Shown here piece by piece: positions 61,231 through 64,000 of a stretch of 64,000 bases of DNA. The position numbers and the translations under genes were made by a program. Below the pieces are notes generated by a model. It did no database searches and had not been told where the DNA came from. It saw only the letters and a program-made list of their open reading frames with translations. Source of the DNA: an uncultured Spirochaetota bacterium (lineage in GTDB: Bacteria > Spirochaetota > UBA4802 > UBA5550); assembly GCA_963827275.1 (NCBI GenBank), contig CAWHAA010000010.1, positions 432,189 through 496,188 of the forward strand, written 5' to 3'. Position 1 is the first letter of the stretch, and every line of letters starts with the position of its first letter.

Positions 61231-61708
61231 TTACCCTTCGCTTGCATTGCTTCGCAAAATCCATAAAAGCTGATCGCATGATCAGTTATGTCAAAATTAT
61301 ACTTTTTCGACAGCCTGTTCTGTGTTTTCCCGATCAATTCAAGCTCGTCATCAAGGAACTCTGTATAATCAATGATCGCCTTGCACCTGCAGGCATATCA
61401 GGTGATGATGGTGCTTCTTCCCGTCGGGATTGTTCACCAGCTCGTACCGGGCCTTGCCGTCGCCGAAATCGAACTTCTGAACGATACCCATCTGCGTCAG
61501 CATGTCCAAGGGTACGGTACACCGTGGTTAGGCCGATTGATGGGATTCATCTCATGCGCCTTTATGTACACATCGGTCGCGCTCACGTGATCGTCAGTTT
61601 CATGAAGTATGTCTATTACTACTTCCGCGCGGCGCCGTTACGACGCGCCCCGATGTCATGAAACCGGTCCTGCCACCATGCCCCTCTTCCGTGTCCTTTG
61701 CCTCTCAC
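61231..61708 (-). CDS. Fur-family regulator, several frameshifts; missed by the ORF track
   Basis: Reassembled IGLTTVYRTL...FDFGDGKARYEL...HHHHLIC..C...FYGFC. Confidence 0.85.
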
Positions 61709-61726
61709 GCTTTCCTCACTTTATTA

Positions 61727-61751
61727 ATTGAAAATGATTTTCATTATCAAT
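61727..61751. promoter_or_regulatory. Overlapping Fur-like boxes upstream of the Fur gene
   Basis: ATTGAAAATGATTTTCATTATCAAT. Confidence 0.72.
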
Positions 61752-62145
61752 ATAATAACCTTCACGCTTTCCGTCAACTATTTAATGCGTTATTGAGTAA
61801 AATAATTCATCAACGACTCGTCATCCCGCCTCGGCGGGGGGAAAATGCCATATAATTTCGATAACACCCTTCTTCTATGAGAGCTTTCGTGCTCAGGATA
61901 TTGCCAAGGGGTGCAACAATTGCCGAATATTGTCAATGAAGAATTATCAAAATTAACCGGGTTCGGTTTTGTAATAAATCCTTTATTCGCGTATTGCTAC
62001 ATCATTAATATTAAAACGGCCATACCCGCTCATGTCGTCTACTGGCGAGTGAAGGCCCCCCAAGCCTTCTCCGACGGGCCCTTCATGGACTGGACCGGAG
62101 GCCTGATCATCTTTCCCGCGGATGGCAGGGATATGAGCGAGTCGA

Positions 62146-62343
62146 TTATTTAAAGCTGATCGGTCTTGTACCCCCTTCCCGGGGCATTGAATCGAAACAT
62201 GTCGGCTGCGGATTAGTCCATTTGCCGTCGGAAGAAATCTGCCATTTTGTATAATAATCCATCGGCGAAGCGGTTTTATCTATGCGGTAACCCTCGGGAT
62301 GGAAACCTTTATTAATTTCAGAAGCGCTATAAGTTTTTTCCAT
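62146..62343 (-). CDS. Small hypothetical protein
   Basis: GAGGAG SD; 65 aa. Confidence 0.55.
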   Translation of the reverse strand: MEKTYSASEINKGFHPEGYRIDKTASPMDYYTKWQISSDGKWTNPQPTCFDSMPREGGTRPISFK

Positions 62344-62495
62344 GATCTCAACTCCTCAACTATAAAAATATTCGCATCTGGCTTTACAGAAGCAAACATC
62401 CGATTCAGCAGAGGTCCCCTGGGACACAATAGTGCCTAAACCGGGCCTCTTGAAATACAACACGAAAAAGCGGGGGATTGACCCCATAAATTTGC

Positions 62496-62943
62496 TTAGT
62501 TATATTTTAAACGGGTGTCTTTATCAGACATTGTCGGTGCAATAAGATTCTTCCAATTCTTGGCCTTCCCATGTGCCAAGAGATGAATGCATAATAAAAT
62601 ATTTTTCCGGTATTGGGTGTGTGCCTACAATGACGTTAACCCCGTTTTGTTTTTCAAAAAATGCTTTAAATGTATCGATGTAAGGGCACGGAGGATATCC
62701 AACGACCATCCCGGTAGCTAAATGAATGGTTTCCGCGCCGTTTTTCACCATTTCCTCACCTGTATATTCTATATTACCGCCGGGACAGCCATCGCACGTT
62801 GTAAAACCGACAAGCTCAATTTCTTTATTCGCGTAGATGCTGAATGCCCCTTCTTTATTTTTCATTGAGCGAAGACATTTACCTCCCGCACAGCGGCGAT
62901 AGCGGTCACAGATAATTATACCTATCTTTATTGTTGGGCTCAT
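62496..62943 (-). CDS. CGGC-domain protein, probable late frameshift
   Basis: IIICDRYRRCAGGKC, TCDGCPG, VGTH. Confidence 0.85.
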
Positions 62944-63022
62944 TTCAACTCCTTTAAATTTTTTTCAGATAGAACGGGCGGTTTTCCTGGCCGTTCGGCA
63001 TAAAATACCTTCGACAAGGGTA

Positions 63023-63757
63023 TTAAATCACTATATCCTTTTTCATCGTAAGCCTTTTCACGCCCTTTATCTGTCTGAAATTGGCGCCCTGGCTCACGCA
63101 TTTTAATGCAAGTTCGGGGTCTGCTACTCTTGTTCCGGAAACTGCATCAATACCATAATCGAACAGAACCGCCGACAAAGGGACTGAATCACCTAAGATG
63201 ATCTTGTATGACTCAGGGGAGCATAAATCAAGCAGGTGGTCCAGAGTATGGTTTGTTATGGAAGTCCCGGTTATGGCTACAACATCGGCCCGGGGAATAT
63301 ATTCCCCTGCTTCCGCGTCTGTGACATCCCCCTCACGCGGATTTTTTTCAATGACCCAGACCTCCCTGCAAAACTCGCGGAGCCGGGGAATGAAGGGGAA
63401 GTGGCCCACGATAGCCACGTTTTTATCTCTTCCTTTCTCCAGGATCAGCTCCGACGCGTTAAGCTCAAGACACCTGCCTTCATCAAGCTCGATAAGCGAA
63501 TTGATTGCCGCCATGCCAATCGCGGCCTCAAGGATCGCTTCGGAATAGGACAGATTTGCAAGGTCCCTGGCGGTTTTATCCATTAAATAGCCGGGTTCCC
63601 TCACCATAGGGGGGTCCTGCCGCAGCGCGTCCCGCGGGAGTGTAGCTGCGAGTCCGCAGTAACGGGTCAAAACACCCGTGTGGAACACTCCCTGCCGGAT
63701 ATCCCGCACGGGAGCATCAAAGTTCAGCGTTGAAAGCAAATCATCAAGTATTTTCAT
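63023..63757 (-). CDS. DUF364 Rossmann-like protein
   Basis: AIGMAAINS, VAIVGHFP, ITGTSITNHTL. Confidence 0.85.
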   Translation of the reverse strand: MKILDDLLSTLNFDAPVRDIRQGVFHTGVLTRYCGLAATLPRDALRQDPPMVREPGYLMDKTARDLANLSYSEAILEAAIGMAAINSLIELDEGRCLELNASELILEKGRDKNVAIVGHFPFIPRLREFCREVWVIEKNPREGDVTDAEAGEYIPRADVVAITGTSITNHTLDHLLDLCSPESYKIILGDSVPLSAVLFDYGIDAVSGTRVADPELALKCVSQGANFRQIKGVKRLTMKKDIVI

Positions 63758-63839
63758 ATGTCCTTCAGAGTACCAACGAGTATCCGTCAAGAGAAACCAC
63801 GCCCGCACAATGGAAATTGTCTTGACAACCGGCATTGTT

Positions 63840-63858
63840 ATTGAAAATAGTTTTCACT
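63840..63858. promoter_or_regulatory. Fur-like box
   Basis: ATTGAAAATAGTTTTCACT upstream of DUF364. Confidence 0.6.
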
Positions 63859-64000
63859 GTCAATAAAGATTTACAACGGCATTATCATATATGTCGATTG
63901 CTGGCCTTCTGATAAGATAAACAGGGGGTTTCAAGGTCAAAACAATAAGAATTTTTCACCATTTATAATATTAATAGTATATTGGTTAATAAACTATGAA

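Overview
Bacterial chromosomal window with GC-rich core genes interrupted by AT-rich accessory patches. Gene content suggests an anaerobe, possibly a spirochaete MAG, but taxonomy is not established from this sequence. 0-29 kb is mostly intact: MFS transporter, RCK K+ channel plus stand-alone cNMP-binding protein, oxidoreductases, two sensor-only chemoreceptor-like proteins, ECF sigma/anti-sigma, a bacterial cereblon homologue, and two glycosyltransferase/flippase/GT-C modules. From about 29.7 kb many genes carry single-base indels, probably long-read consensus errors. The window also holds rpsT-HU-tRNA-Val(TAC), an AT-rich island (truncated ORF6N gene, UDG-like gene, Nmad3, Nmad2 split by IS481, IS3, IS256) and a Fur-box-marked metal/Fe-S cluster. 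Most notable: (1) a DUF559 endonuclease gene bracketed by hairpin inverted repeats, with an internally deleted copy and gene-less mini-copies nearby, i.e. a candidate nuclease-associated REP/MITE-like mobile system; (2) repeat-delimited AT-rich gene cassettes whose ends resemble that repeat; (3) a promoter-to-terminator unit of about 465 nt with no intact ORF; (4) a MITE family with covarying stems and GGA-loop hairpins; (5) an Nmad2-Nmad3-UDG-like cassette bounded by direct repeats that diverge like coding sequence. All family assignments are by motif recognition, not database search.
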